Shown: piece by piece, positions 8,560 to 18,709 of the stretch
How positions within the stretch are numbered: position 1 is the first letter of the stretch
Layout: each line of letters begins with the position of its first letter
Assembly: GCA_964348035.1 (NCBI GenBank)
Contig: CAYGBF010000296.1
Span: 1-31,309, forward strand
Direction of reading: 5' to 3'
DNA from: an uncultured Eubacteriales bacterium
Lineage (GTDB): Bacteria > Acidobacteriota > Aminicenantia > Aminicenantales > Aminicenantaceae
DNA length: 31,309 bases
Program-made: the position numbers and the translations under genes
The notes under the pieces: model-generated
The model's database searches: none
Seen by the model: only the letters and a program-made list of their open reading frames with translations
What the model was told of the DNA's origin: nothing

Positions 8560-10218
8560 ATGGAAAAAAGATTATTACTGGCCATCGTCCTCTCCTTTCT
8601 CATCCTGATTCTGTATCAGATTCTTTTTAGTCCAAAACGTCCTCAGGAAGAAACCCCACAACAAATCCAGGATATCGAGACTCAACCCCCTCCAAAACCT
8701 TCTGTCGAAAGTCAACTTCCCTCCCCGACGACCGCCGAGCCTCAAGAACCACTCGAGGAAAAAATCATCACCGAACCGACTTCAGAGACAACAGAATTTC
8801 AGATTGTCATCGACACGCCTCTCTACTCGGCCGTCTGGAGCAACAAGGGGGCTGTCCTTAAAAGCTGGAGACTCAAAGAATATAAAGATGACGACAAGAA
8901 TGACCTCGAGTTGGTCTCCCAGCAAACCGAAGACTTCGGCACCTTCCCTTTTGCTTTGCACACGGACGATCCATCTTTCGATTCCTTAATCAACGGTTCC
9001 CTGTATACCTTTTCCAATCGAAAGATGGACCTGATGGAAGGCCAAGAAGGGGAGCTCCGTTTCCAGTACGCCGATGAAGAAGGAAACCGGATCGAAAAGA
9101 TTTTCAATTTCCAGGGAGGAAAATACACCTTCGATGTCCGGATGAATGTCTGGAAAAAGCAGCAGAAGATCGATCCCCGCTTCCTCTGGGGGCCGAGCCT
9201 GGGAAACCCCTCGGCCCAGGATGAAAAAAGGCGTTTCGGAGGATCTAGGGGGATCGCTGTTTTTACTGGTGAAAAAATTAGACGGAACGAGGAGAGGAAG
9301 TACAAACCTGAGCGCAGCCGCTTCAATTTTGTCCAATGGGCTGCCTATGAGGACAACTATTTCACAGCCCTTTTCCTGACGGATTCTCAGAAATCGAGTG
9401 CGGTATTCCTCAGGCAAGAAAAAGACCAATTGCCTTATTTTTTCCTCTCTCTCTCCAACGCTCATAAAGCCTATATCGGACCGAAAGATTATGATGCTCT
9501 TGGTGAATTTAGTCCTGGGACCAATAATCTGATTAAATTCGGTTTATTCGGTTGGATTGCTAAAATCCTGCTGAGAGCCATTAAGACCATCCACAATGTT
9601 TTCCCCAACTGGGGCATCAGCATCATCATCCTGACCCTCATCATAAAAATCCTGTTCTTCCCCCTCACCTACAGCAGCACAAAATCCATGGCTAAGATGC
9701 AGGAGCTACAGCCAAAGATCAAAGCTCTGAGAGCCAAGTACAAGAAGTCCAAACAGGACATCGGCCAGAGACGGAAGATGAACGAGGAGATGATGAAGCT
9801 TTACAAGGAACACGGCATCAACCCGGCCGGAGGTTGTCTGCCCATCCTGGTTCAAATCCCTATATTCTGGGGATTTTTTCGACTCTTGATCGTTTCTATT
9901 GAATTCAGACAGAGTCCCTTCGTGTTTTGGATTAAAGATCTTTCTGTGAAAGACCCTTATTATGTCACTCCCATATTGATGGGTATCACCCAGTTCATCA
10001 GCCAAAAAATGACCCCCACCTCGGCTGACCCAACCCAGCAAAAAATGATGCTCATCATGCCCGTCATCATGACTATCTTTTTTATGAATTTTCAGAGTGG
10101 CCTTGTCCTCTACTGGCTGACCAACAACGTCCTTCAAATCGGACAGCAGTACATCATGAACCGGCTCATGCAAAAGAAAAAGCGAGAAGCCCATGGAAGA
10201 AAAAGAAGAAAAAAATAA
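8560..10218 (+). CDS. yidC: Membrane protein insertase YidC
   Basis: Start set at MEKRLLLAIVLSFLIL (8560); large periplasmic domain; NWGISIIILT, GGCLPILVQIPIF, KDLSVKDPYY, GLVLYWLTNN. Confidence 0.95.
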   Translation: MEKRLLLAIVLSFLILILYQILFSPKRPQEETPQQIQDIETQPPPKPSVESQLPSPTTAEPQEPLEEKIITEPTSETTEFQIVIDTPLYSAVWSNKGAVLKSWRLKEYKDDDKNDLELVSQQTEDFGTFPFALHTDDPSFDSLINGSLYTFSNRKMDLMEGQEGELRFQYADEEGNRIEKIFNFQGGKYTFDVRMNVWKKQQKIDPRFLWGPSLGNPSAQDEKRRFGGSRGIAVFTGEKIRRNEERKYKPERSRFNFVQWAAYEDNYFTALFLTDSQKSSAVFLRQEKDQLPYFFLSLSNAHKAYIGPKDYDALGEFSPGTNNLIKFGLFGWIAKILLRAIKTIHNVFPNWGISIIILTLIIKILFFPLTYSSTKSMAKMQELQPKIKALRAKYKKSKQDIGQRRKMNEEMMKLYKEHGINPAGGCLPILVQIPIFWGFFRLLIVSIEFRQSPFVFWIKDLSVKDPYYVTPILMGITQFISQKMTPTSADPTQQKMMLIMPVIMTIFFMNFQSGLVLYWLTNNVLQIGQQYIMNRLMQKKKREAHGRKRRKK

Positions 10219-10831
10219 CGAGAAGCAAGAATTCAAAGGGAGGAATTTCGAGGAAGTCATCTCGACTGCCGAGCATGCTCTAAAACTACCTCGCTCCCAG
10301 TTTAACTACGAGGTCGTGACCGAAAAAACCAAGCTTTTCGGGATGAGGACCAAGGAGATCGTGATCCGGGCTTGGCCCAAACAACAAGAAGGAGAGGGCA
10401 AAATCCCGGAATTCCTGAATAAGCTTTTGACCCTGTTTCCTCTCGAAATCAATTATCACGTCAAGAGAAAAAACGATATGATGTACCTGATTTTCGACGG
10501 CAGGGATAAACATCTCCTGCTCAGAAAAGACGCCTCTCTTCTCCTGGCCTTCCAACATCTGCTCAACAAGATCTCTCCTCAAAAAGTCCAAACAGACTGT
10601 GACTTCTACCGGAAGAGAAAAGAGAAGGAGTTGAAGAATTTTGCTCAACAAAAGGCTCAGCAAGTCCAAGAAACAGGAAAGGACGAGGTTCTCGAGTTGA
10701 TGAATCCGTATGAAAGGCGTCTCATCCATATCGCCGTCAATCAAGTCCCGGGCATCACGACCGAGAGTATCGGTGAAGGCTTTTTAAAGCGCATCAAAAT
10801 CTTTCCCCAGAAAACCCGGTCCGAAGGGTAA
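10193..10831 (+). CDS. jag: Jag/EloR/KhpB protein (Jag_N, degenerate KH, R3H)
   Basis: Jag_N FKGRNFEEVI..A; R3H motif MNPYERRLIH...TESIGEG; canonical position after yidC. Confidence 0.88.
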   Translation: MEEKEEKNNEKQEFKGRNFEEVISTAEHALKLPRSQFNYEVVTEKTKLFGMRTKEIVIRAWPKQQEGEGKIPEFLNKLLTLFPLEINYHVKRKNDMMYLIFDGRDKHLLLRKDASLLLAFQHLLNKISPQKVQTDCDFYRKRKEKELKNFAQQKAQQVQETGKDEVLELMNPYERRLIHIAVNQVPGITTESIGEGFLKRIKIFPQKTRSEG

Positions 10832-10894
10832 CACGCTTCTTCCCAACCCACAAATCTTATTTTATGATCATGTCTAATGTATATAATACCTATA

Positions 10895-10912
10895 TATAAT
10901 ATATATATTATA
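10895..10912. other. Perfect 18-bp all-A/T palindrome in an AT-rich tract
   Basis: TATAATATATATATTATA equals its own reverse complement; it lies in the 323-bp jag-mnmE gap. Confidence 0.85.
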
Positions 10913-11116
10913 AAGATTAGTCCCGTTCTAGCTCCTCCAATTCCCGCCCTTAGTCCTTATCCCACCTTAAAGAATTTTTATGAATTCACGTGACTCTCCC
11001 ATCCAGATCAAATGACAATGAAATCGGATAATACGGCCAACGTATTATACTCAGACAAAGACAATATTTGATTCATAATATCGACGAGACCTAACATCAA
11101 ACGACTGAGCTTGATC

Positions 11117-11145
11117 TTTACGTTTTAGGCGTCAAGATTTATGAT
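11117..11145 (+). promoter_or_regulatory. Putative sigma70 promoter of the mnmE operon
   Basis: TTTACG-17 bp-TATGAT, ending 9 nt before the ATG. Confidence 0.45.
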
Positions 11146-11154
11146 ATAGAGGCC

Positions 11155-12522
11155 ATGCTGGAAGATACGATCATCGCCATCTCGACGCCGCTCGGTTACG
11201 GGGGCCTTGGAATCGTCCGTCTGAGCGGTAAAAAGTCACTCCCGATAGCTAAAAAGATATTTAAACCAAAACAGCCGAAAGCACGAATTCAGCCTCGTCG
11301 CCCATTGCTCGGACAGGTGTACAATTTCGAGCAGAAGCAGTCCTTCGAGGAAGCCTACCTGACCTATTTCCTACGGCCACACACTTACACCAAAGAAGAT
11401 ATCATCGAGATCAGTTGTCACGGAAGTCCGTTGATTCTGGAAGAAATCGTTCGTCTCGGTGTCAAAGCCGGGGCCCGCCACGCCCATCCCGGCGAATTCA
11501 CGCTGCGTGCTTTTCTCAACGGAAGAATCGATATCCTCCAAGCCGAAGCCGTTAACGACCTCATCCAATCATCCTCGTTAAAACAAGCCCAGATATCTTA
11601 CCAGCAGCTCGAAGGCAGTCTTTCCAAAAAGATCGTCGATCTCAGGAAAAAAATCATCCATCTCTTGTCCCAAATCGAGGCCAGCCTCGAATTCCCCGAT
11701 GAGGGTCTCCGGATAAATCAAAAGCAGATCTTTGACTCCTTCAGCAGCATAATCAAAAGCCTAGAACAGCTTATTGACAGCTATAAACTCGGGAAAACAT
11801 TGAGTGAAGGCCTCTCCTTGGCCATCGCCGGAAGACCTAATGTCGGCAAATCAACTCTGTTTAACGCCCTTCTCCAGACTGAAAGGGCGATCGTCACCCC
11901 TTACCCGGGAACGACAAGAGACTACCTGCAGGAACTCTTGAAAATCAAGAATTCCCTTTTTACCCTAATCGATATGGCTGGCCTCTCTTCTCGTTCCCAT
12001 CCTGTAGAAAAGGAGGGCATAGAAAGGGGCCATAAACTCATTGCTAAGGCAGATTGTGTCCTCCTCCTATTTGATTTATCCCGCCGAGAAGCCCGTGAGG
12101 ATTTCAGGTTGTTAAATGAGTACAGAAACAAAAATCTCCTCCTCCTTTTCAATAAAGCAGACCTCCCACGAAAAATGAATGTATCCGCCCTCAGGAAAAC
12201 AGGTAAAAGCTTCCCTTCCTTGGAGATATCTGCCCTCAAAGGAACAAACCTGGGAAAATTGAAGGACATGATCCATCGGCATTTCGTTCCCAGCCAGGAC
12301 GTGCAGGACGAAGTCATCCTTCATCTTCGACAGAAGCTTCTCCTGGAGGAAATCCTGACTTACATGGAAGAGGCACAAAGGCTCCTCGTGGAAGGCTACT
12401 CCGAAGACTTGGCTGCTGAGGAACTCCGCAAGATCTATCCTCTGATCGGTCAGCTCACAGGAGAAATTCGGGCTGACGAGGTCATCGAGAATATTTTCAG
12501 CCGGTTCTGCGTGGGAAAATAG
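11155..12522 (+). CDS. mnmE: tRNA modification GTPase MnmE (TrmE)
   Basis: DTIIAISTPLGYGGLGIVRLSG, GRPNVGKS, GTTRD, DMAG, NKAD, C-terminal FCVGK. Confidence 0.97.
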   Translation: MLEDTIIAISTPLGYGGLGIVRLSGKKSLPIAKKIFKPKQPKARIQPRRPLLGQVYNFEQKQSFEEAYLTYFLRPHTYTKEDIIEISCHGSPLILEEIVRLGVKAGARHAHPGEFTLRAFLNGRIDILQAEAVNDLIQSSSLKQAQISYQQLEGSLSKKIVDLRKKIIHLLSQIEASLEFPDEGLRINQKQIFDSFSSIIKSLEQLIDSYKLGKTLSEGLSLAIAGRPNVGKSTLFNALLQTERAIVTPYPGTTRDYLQELLKIKNSLFTLIDMAGLSSRSHPVEKEGIERGHKLIAKADCVLLLFDLSRREAREDFRLLNEYRNKNLLLLFNKADLPRKMNVSALRKTGKSFPSLEISALKGTNLGKLKDMIHRHFVPSQDVQDEVILHLRQKLLLEEILTYMEEAQRLLVEGYSEDLAAEELRKIYPLIGQLTGEIRADEVIENIFSRFCVGK

Positions 12523-12530
12523 GACGCACC

Positions 12531-14393
12531 ATGGGCAATCCGGATAAATACGATGTCATCATCGTCGGAGCTGGCCATGCGGGCTGCGAAGCGGCCCGAG
12601 CAGCCAGTTTGATGGGCCTGGACACCTGCCTCATCACCATCCATTTGGAAACAATCGCTCAAATGTCCTGCAACCCGGCCATCGGAGGCTTGGCCAAAGG
12701 GCACCTGGTCCGAGAAATCGATGCCCTCGGCGGCCTGATGGGACTCCTCGCCGATGAAACGGGAATACAGTTCCGGCTTCTTAACAGGAGTCGAGGGGGT
12801 GCTGTTCAAGCTCCCAGGGCCCAATCGGATAAGGCTCTGTACAGGCTGACCATGAAAAAATGGCTGGAGCAGATTCCCCGGTTGACTCTCTTCCAAGGCA
12901 TTGTCACCGAAATCCTGACCAAAAATCACCAAGCCGTGGGAGTTATGACCCTGGAAGGGAATAGGATTCGAGGCAAATCCATCATCATCACACCCGGAAC
13001 ATTCCTCAACGGCTTGATCCACATCGGGCTTCACAGCTACGCCGCCGGAAGAGCCAACGAACCCCCGGCTCCCGAACTCAGCAAAAACCTCAAAACTCTC
13101 GGCCTCAAAACATTCCGTTTGAAGACTGGAACTCCGATGAGGCTCCACAGCCAGACCTTAGACTGGGGGCGCTTCACTCCTCAGCCAGGTGACAAAGCCC
13201 CCGTTCCTTTCTCCTACAGGACAAAGAAAGAGCTCGAGAACAAGATCATCTGCTACATCGGCTACACAAACCCCCAAACCCACGACATCATTCGGAAAAA
13301 TCTGGATGCCTCCCCGTTGTACAGCGGTAAAATCACGGGAATTGGGATTCGTTATTGTCCCTCTATCGAAGATAAGGTGGTCAAATTCCCCCATCACCGC
13401 CGACATCAGTTCTTCCTCGAACCTGAGGGACTTGAGACACAGGAAATCTACGTTAACGGCCTCTCGTCAAGCCTTCCTTTCGATGTCCAAAGTGAAATCC
13501 TAAACAGCATCCCTGGCTTGGACCAGGCAAAAATCCTGAGGCCAGCCTACGGAATCGAGTACGATGCCGTGCTTCCTACTCAGCTCAGGCCCACCCTGGA
13601 AACAACCCAAATCAGCAACCTCTACCTAGCCGGCCAGATCAACGGCACATCAGGCTATGAAGAAGCCGCTGCCCAAGGATTGATGGCTGGTATCAACGCG
13701 GCTCTGAAAGTCAAAAAGAAAAAACCCTTTATCCTGGGCAGAAATGAAGCCTACATCGGGGTCCTGATAGATGACTTGATCACGAAGGGCGTCGAAGAGC
13801 CTTACCGCCTGTTCACCTCCAGGGCTGAGCACAGGATTCACCTCCGCATCGACAACGCGGATAAAAGATTGACTCGATACGGATACGAGTTAGGCCTTAT
13901 CCCAAAAGAAGATTATGACTCATTCCTCAACAAGCAGAAGAAAATCAGTCAAACTATGATCTATCTCGAGAAAGAAAAGATAAAAACACCGGGCGGCGAA
14001 AAAATTTCTCTGAAAGATTACCTAAAAAAACCTGAAGTCCGGTTCAAAAATATGTTAGAATATGGAAAATTCGATAACAGCTTGACCGATGAGGACATCC
14101 GTCACATCGAATCAGAGATTAAATACGAGGGTTACCTGAAGAGGCAGGAAACCGAGATTGTCCGCATCAAAAAAATGGACAAGGAAAGGATACCGGAAAG
14201 CATCAATTTTCAGGAAATTCCGGGCCTTACTCGGGAGGTGAAGGAAAAACTGGAGAAAAGTCGTCCCCGAACGATCGGAGAGGCCAAAAAAATCCCAGGG
14301 ATTACTCCAGCGGCTATCGTCAATCTTCATGTCTATTTGAGGATCCAATGCCGCAAAAATGTTCCACGTGGAACATCCACAGGTCATGAATAA
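12531..14393 (+). CDS. mnmG: tRNA uridine-5-carboxymethylaminomethyl modification enzyme MnmG (GidA)
   Basis: [72 protein letters not shown]. Confidence 0.97.
   Translation: MGNPDKYDVIIVGAGHAGCEAARAASLMGLDTCLITIHLETIAQMSCNPAIGGLAKGHLVREIDALGGLMGLLADETGIQFRLLNRSRGGAVQAPRAQSDKALYRLTMKKWLEQIPRLTLFQGIVTEILTKNHQAVGVMTLEGNRIRGKSIIITPGTFLNGLIHIGLHSYAAGRANEPPAPELSKNLKTLGLKTFRLKTGTPMRLHSQTLDWGRFTPQPGDKAPVPFSYRTKKELENKIICYIGYTNPQTHDIIRKNLDASPLYSGKITGIGIRYCPSIEDKVVKFPHHRRHQFFLEPEGLETQEIYVNGLSSSLPFDVQSEILNSIPGLDQAKILRPAYGIEYDAVLPTQLRPTLETTQISNLYLAGQINGTSGYEEAAAQGLMAGINAALKVKKKKPFILGRNEAYIGVLIDDLITKGVEEPYRLFTSRAEHRIHLRIDNADKRLTRYGYELGLIPKEDYDSFLNKQKKISQTMIYLEKEKIKTPGGEKISLKDYLKKPEVRFKNMLEYGKFDNSLTDEDIRHIESEIKYEGYLKRQETEIVRIKKMDKERIPESINFQEIPGLTREVKEKLEKSRPRTIGEAKKIPGITPAAIVNLHVYLRIQCRKNVPRGTSTGHE
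14360..14375. promoter_or_regulatory. parS: parS centromere-like site
   Basis: TGTTCCACGTGGAACA, a perfect 16-bp palindrome fitting the chromosomal parS consensus (TGTTNCACGTGAAACA class), 10 bp upstream of parA. Confidence 0.92.
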
Positions 14394-15141
14394 GATCATC
14401 GCCATCACCAACCAAAAAGGAGGAGTCGGAAAAACTACCACCGCCGTCAACCTCGCCGCCTCCCTGGCCTTCAACAACCGGAGGATCTTGGTCGTCGATC
14501 TCGATCCCCAAGGTATGGCGACTGCAGGTTTAGGCCGGGCTAAAGAGGAAAGCAGGGGTATCTATCCTGCCCTGATGGACGGCCGTTACATCATGGATTA
14601 TATCCGCCCCACTTCACTCGATAACCTTCATATCTGCCCTTCTTCCCCAGAGCTGGCCGGAGTCGAGGCCGAACTCTACGAGAAGGATAACCAACAGAAG
14701 AAGCTCAAATCGGCCTTGGAAAGGGTGAAAAAATTTTTCCACTTCATCATCATCGACTGCCCTCCTTCCTTGGGTTTTCTTACTCTTAACGCCCTGACAG
14801 CCGCGGATTCGGTCTTGGTCCCTGTCCAGTGCGAGTTTCTCTCGATGGAGGGCATTCCGGAGCTTTTCAGCCTCTTCGACGAAGTCCGCACCTACCTGAA
14901 TCCTTCTCTAGCCCTAGAGGGCATCCTGCTCACCATGTATGACGAACGGACCAACCTCTCCAAACAAGTCGCTCAGGAGGTCAGAAGCTCACTCGAAGAG
15001 AGCACCTATGAAGTCGTGATTCCTCGCAACATCAGATTAGCAGAAGCTCCCAGTTTTGGAAAACCCATCCTGCTGTACGACATAAAATCTAAGGGGGCCC
15101 AAGCCTATCTAGATCTTGCACAGGAGATATTGAAGAAATGA
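14386..15141 (+). CDS. parA: ParA/Soj chromosome partitioning ATPase
   Basis: Deviant Walker [38 protein letters not shown]. Start set at MNKII (14386), not 14359. Confidence 0.95.
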   Translation: MNKIIAITNQKGGVGKTTTAVNLAASLAFNNRRILVVDLDPQGMATAGLGRAKEESRGIYPALMDGRYIMDYIRPTSLDNLHICPSSPELAGVEAELYEKDNQQKKLKSALERVKKFFHFIIIDCPPSLGFLTLNALTAADSVLVPVQCEFLSMEGIPELFSLFDEVRTYLNPSLALEGILLTMYDERTNLSKQVAQEVRSSLEESTYEVVIPRNIRLAEAPSFGKPILLYDIKSKGAQAYLDLAQEILKK

Positions 15142-15986
15142 AAAAGAAAGCATTGGGAAAAGGATTAAAAGCCTTCATTCCAGAAGAATACGGGATTCTG
15201 AAGGAGGATAGTTACGCCGATCTAGATATCGACAAACTCAAACCCAACCCGCTCCAGCCAAGACTCACTTTCACTCGTGAATCCATACAGGAACTGGCTC
15301 GGTCTATCAAAGAGACAGGCATTCTCCAGCCGATCATCGCTGTCCCTGAAGGAGATTTTTACCGGATCATCATCGGTGAACGCCGATGGCGGGCCGCCCA
15401 GAACATCGGGCTCAAAAAGATTCCTGTTCTTATCCGGACCATTCCCCGGGAGAAACAGCTTGAATCATCCTTGGTAGAAAACCTACACCGAGAAGATCTC
15501 ACCCCCCTGGAAATTGCCAGGGCCTACCAGAAACTGATTCAGGAACTCGGTTATACCCAGGAAGAAGTGGCTGAAAGAGTGGGAAAAGACAGAACTTCGG
15601 TGACGAATTATCTTCGTCTTCTGAAACTCCCCCAAGAAATCCAGGATTACCTGGGTGAAGGAAAGATCACCATGGGACACGCCCGGGCCTTACTCTCTCT
15701 CGAGGACTCCGAACGTCAGACCTCTATCGCCCATCAGATTGTCCGCGATAACCTGTCTGTCCGTGATGTGGAACGCATGACCCAGGAACGAAAGCCCCAA
15801 CCTCCTCCTCGGGAGACTCGGCCGGCAGATGCCGATTTGATGGCCCTCCAAGAAGATTTCCTGAAGGCATTAGGGACGAAAGTCACTATCTCGGGAACTC
15901 AAGATAAAGGGGTGATAAAAGTCTATTACTTCTCGATCGACGACTTAAATAGAATCTATGAATACATCAAAGGAGAAAAGCGATGA
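15138..15986 (+). CDS. parB: ParB/Spo0J CTP-dependent DNA clamp
   Basis: N-terminal [19 protein letters not shown] CTPase box, [25 protein letters not shown]. Confidence 0.96.
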   Translation: MKKKALGKGLKAFIPEEYGILKEDSYADLDIDKLKPNPLQPRLTFTRESIQELARSIKETGILQPIIAVPEGDFYRIIIGERRWRAAQNIGLKKIPVLIRTIPREKQLESSLVENLHREDLTPLEIARAYQKLIQELGYTQEEVAERVGKDRTSVTNYLRLLKLPQEIQDYLGEGKITMGHARALLSLEDSERQTSIAHQIVRDNLSVRDVERMTQERKPQPPPRETRPADADLMALQEDFLKALGTKVTISGTQDKGVIKVYYFSIDDLNRIYEYIKGEKR

Positions 15987-16381
15987 AAGAAAAAAGAAAG
16001 GAAATAGACGATACTAAGATTACCGGGTTTTACGACAAGGAGACAGAATTCAAGGGTGACTTGCGTTTCAAGGGCTCCTTCCGCATCGATGGCCGATTCA
16101 AGGGAAAAATCGACTCTGAATCTGTCCTCATCATCGGCGATCATGGTCGAGTGGATGCCGATGTCAAAGTGGGTTATCTTATCATAAGCGGCGAGATCAA
16201 GGGCAGCATTCAGGCCCGAGAAAAGGTTGAAATCCACACCAGCGGTCGGGTCATCGGCACAATCGTCGCTCCTAAATTGATCGTAGAAGAAGGAGCCTAT
16301 CTCGAAGCCAACTGTCAGACGACCGACAAAGCCCCCCAAATTCTCCCTGAAAAGAAAACACAAGAAGGGTCCCAGCCTTGA
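15983..16381 (+). CDS. Bactofilin (polymer-forming cytoskeletal protein)
   Basis: Beta-helix repeats FKGDLRFKGSFRIDGRFKGKI...GRVIGTIVAPKLIVEEGAYLEANC. Confidence 0.9.
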   Translation: MKEKRKEIDDTKITGFYDKETEFKGDLRFKGSFRIDGRFKGKIDSESVLIIGDHGRVDADVKVGYLIISGEIKGSIQAREKVEIHTSGRVIGTIVAPKLIVEEGAYLEANCQTTDKAPQILPEKKTQEGSQP

Positions 16382-17103
16382 GAGAAGCCGTCGGCATCAT
16401 CCCTGCTCGGCACCGATCTCATCGGTTCCCAGGGAAAATGCTGGCTCTTATCCTGGGAAAACCGTTGATCCAGAGAGTCTTCGAACAGGCCTGTCAATCC
16501 AAATCTCTTACTCGCCTGATCGTCGCGACCGATGATGAACGGATTCTGACTGCCTGTAAAAAATTCGGAGCCGAGGCCTGGATGACTTCGTCTGATCACG
16601 ATTCTGGCACAGAACGGGTAGCCGAGGTGGCTGAGAAGATTAACAGCCCGATCATCATTAACGTTCAAGGGGATGAGCCCCTGATTCGAGGGGATGTGAT
16701 CGATGAGTTGGTGGCCTCTCTCCAAGACAGAACCATCCCGATGGCGACCCTTGCTGTCAGAACTAGAGACCTCGACCTCCTCAGTGAACCGAACACCGTA
16801 AAAGTCGTCGTCGACAACGAAAACAATGCCCTGTATTTTTCGCGCTCTCCTATTCCATTCCAAGCTAGTGATTATTTCTTACAGCACATCGGTGTTTATG
16901 GCTACCAAAGGGATTTCTTGCTGGAATTCTGCAAGTTTCCCCCCTCCCGGCTGGAAAAGGCAGAAAAACTCGAACAGCTCCGGATTCTCGAGCATGGGCG
17001 TCGGATAAAAGTCGTCGAATCTGCGCATTCCACCTTGAGTGTGGACGTGCCAGAGGATATAATCAGGGTTGAACATTTCTTGAGAGAGCACACGCATGAG
17101 TAA
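16378..17103 (+). CDS. kdsB: 3-deoxy-manno-octulosonate cytidylyltransferase
   Basis: IPARHRSHRFPGK, SGTERVAE, NVQGDEP, YFSRSPIP, QHIGVYGY, LEQLR; TTG start overlapping the previous TGA. Confidence 0.93.
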   Translation: MREAVGIIPARHRSHRFPGKMLALILGKPLIQRVFEQACQSKSLTRLIVATDDERILTACKKFGAEAWMTSSDHDSGTERVAEVAEKINSPIIINVQGDEPLIRGDVIDELVASLQDRTIPMATLAVRTRDLDLLSEPNTVKVVVDNENNALYFSRSPIPFQASDYFLQHIGVYGYQRDFLLEFCKFPPSRLEKAEKLEQLRILEHGRRIKVVESAHSTLSVDVPEDIIRVEHFLREHTHE

Positions 17104-18709
17104 ATTCATCTTTATTACCGGTGGTGTGCTGTCAGCTTTAGGTAAAGGCATTGCCGCTTCCTCCATCGGACGGCTCCTGGAAAGCCACGGCTACCGGATC
17201 ACCCTCCAGAAGTTCGATCCCTACCTCAACGTTGACCCGGGTACGATGAATCCTTTCCAGCACGGGGAAGTGTATGTCACCGAAGACGGCGCCGAGACGG
17301 ACCTTGATCTGGGCCATTATGAACGATTCACTTCGACCTTGACGGGTCAAGCCAATAACTGGACAGCAGGCAAGATCTACGAGATCATCCTCAAGAAGGA
17401 GAGAATGGGAGATTACCTGGGAAAGACTGTCCAGGTCATCCCCCATGTCACTGACGAAATCAAGGAGGCCTTCTTCTCTGTGGCCGATGAGAACGACATC
17501 GTCATCGTCGAGATCGGGGGAACAGTCGGAGACATCGAAAGCCAGCCTTTTCTCGAGGCCATCCGCCAGATGCGCCTTTCTTTGGGTACGCAGAACTCTT
17601 TATTCATCCATCTGACCTTAGTTCCGTTCATAAAGACTTCAGGGGAACTCAAGACAAAACCCACCCAGCACAGCGTTCGGGAGTTGAGGGCTATCGGAAT
17701 CCAGCCCGATATCATCCTCTGCCGGACAGAAAGAGTTCTCAACGACGAGATAAAGGCCAAGATATCTCTCTTTACCAACGTCCCCCTCGAGGCCGTGATC
17801 ACAGCCCAAGATGTGGATAATATCTACGAGATTCCCCTTATTTTCGCCAAAGAAAAACTGGATAACATCGTCCTCAAGAGACTGAATCTTCCGCCTCGAA
17901 GACGCCGTCTCAGCCGATGGAGGCAGATGGTCGAGAGGATGAAGAATCCAAAGGACAAAGTGAACGTTGCCTTAGTCGGCAAGTATGCCGGACTCCATGA
18001 CTCCTACATAAGCCTGACCCAGGCGCTCATCCATGCCGCGACTTTTCACAACCTAAAACTCGAACTTTCCTGGGTTGAAGCCGAGGATATGGAAAAGAGG
18101 AAAGCAGAAGCCATCCTGGATAAGGCCGATGGCATCCTCGTTCCTGGAGGCTTCGGTGTCCGCGGCATAGAGGGAAAAATCAAGGCTGTGAGCTACGCGC
18201 GGAAATATAAAGTACCCTACTTTGGCATCTGCCTGGGTATGCAATGCGCAACCATAGAATTCGCCCGAAAAACAGCTGGCCTTAGAGGAGCTAACAGCAC
18301 GGAGTTCAATCCCAAGACCCCCCACAGAGTTTTCTTCAAATGGAGAGAGCTTAAAGGTGTTAAGAAGATCGGCGGCACGATGAGGTTGGGAAAATACCTG
18401 TGCCGCATCCAGCAGAGGACATTTGCCCAAGCCGCTTACGAAAAAGTCAATGTTTATGAGCGCCATCGGCACCGTTTTGAATTCAACCCCGACTACGAGG
18501 AAATCCTTTCTCAGGCGGGCCTGGTCATTTCTGGAAAAAATCCCGACCATGATCTGGTCGAAATCATAGAAATCAAGGATCATCCCTGGTTCTTGGGATG
18601 CCAGTTTCATCCAGAGTTCAGATCCAGGCCTCTCAAGCCTCATCCCCTCTTCATAGCCTTTATCGGAGCCAGTCATGACCATCATCGCAAGAGAAGTAAG
18701 CATCAATAA
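17096..18709 (+). CDS. pyrG: CTP synthase
   Basis: TGGVLSALGKG, DPYLNVDPGTMNPFQHGEV, KTKPTQHSV, GICLGMQ, RHRHRFE, QFHPE. Confidence 0.98.
   Translation: MSKFIFITGGVLSALGKGIAASSIGRLLESHGYRITLQKFDPYLNVDPGTMNPFQHGEVYVTEDGAETDLDLGHYERFTSTLTGQANNWTAGKIYEIILKKERMGDYLGKTVQVIPHVTDEIKEAFFSVADENDIVIVEIGGTVGDIESQPFLEAIRQMRLSLGTQNSLFIHLTLVPFIKTSGELKTKPTQHSVRELRAIGIQPDIILCRTERVLNDEIKAKISLFTNVPLEAVITAQDVDNIYEIPLIFAKEKLDNIVLKRLNLPPRRRRLSRWRQMVERMKNPKDKVNVALVGKYAGLHDSYISLTQALIHAATFHNLKLELSWVEAEDMEKRKAEAILDKADGILVPGGFGVRGIEGKIKAVSYARKYKVPYFGICLGMQCATIEFARKTAGLRGANSTEFNPKTPHRVFFKWRELKGVKKIGGTMRLGKYLCRIQQRTFAQAAYEKVNVYERHRHRFEFNPDYEEILSQAGLVISGKNPDHDLVEIIEIKDHPWFLGCQFHPEFRSRPLKPHPLFIAFIGASHDHHRKRSKHQ

Noticed and set aside
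10982-10997. Second parS candidate around CACGTG (10987-10992)
   Set aside because: Flanks GAATT/ACTCT match only about 4 of 10 consensus positions.
11971-11982. DMAG instead of DTAG in the MnmE G3 box
   Set aside because: DxxG is preserved and all other GTPase motifs are intact; treated as a neutral variant.
12450-13148. 232-aa minus-strand ORF, plus similar antisense ORFs (3662-4306, 18053-18766, 20302-20937, 22656-23534)
   Set aside because: Shadow ORFs opposite well-supported conserved genes, with no recognisable motifs.
14359-14385. [10 protein letters not shown]-terminal extension of ParA in the ORF track
   Set aside because: It is a translation of the parS palindrome; ParA similarity begins at MNKII (14386).
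17812-17820. Perfect DnaA box TGTGGATAA
   Set aside because: A single copy inside the pyrG coding sequence (D-V-D-N codons), with no cluster.
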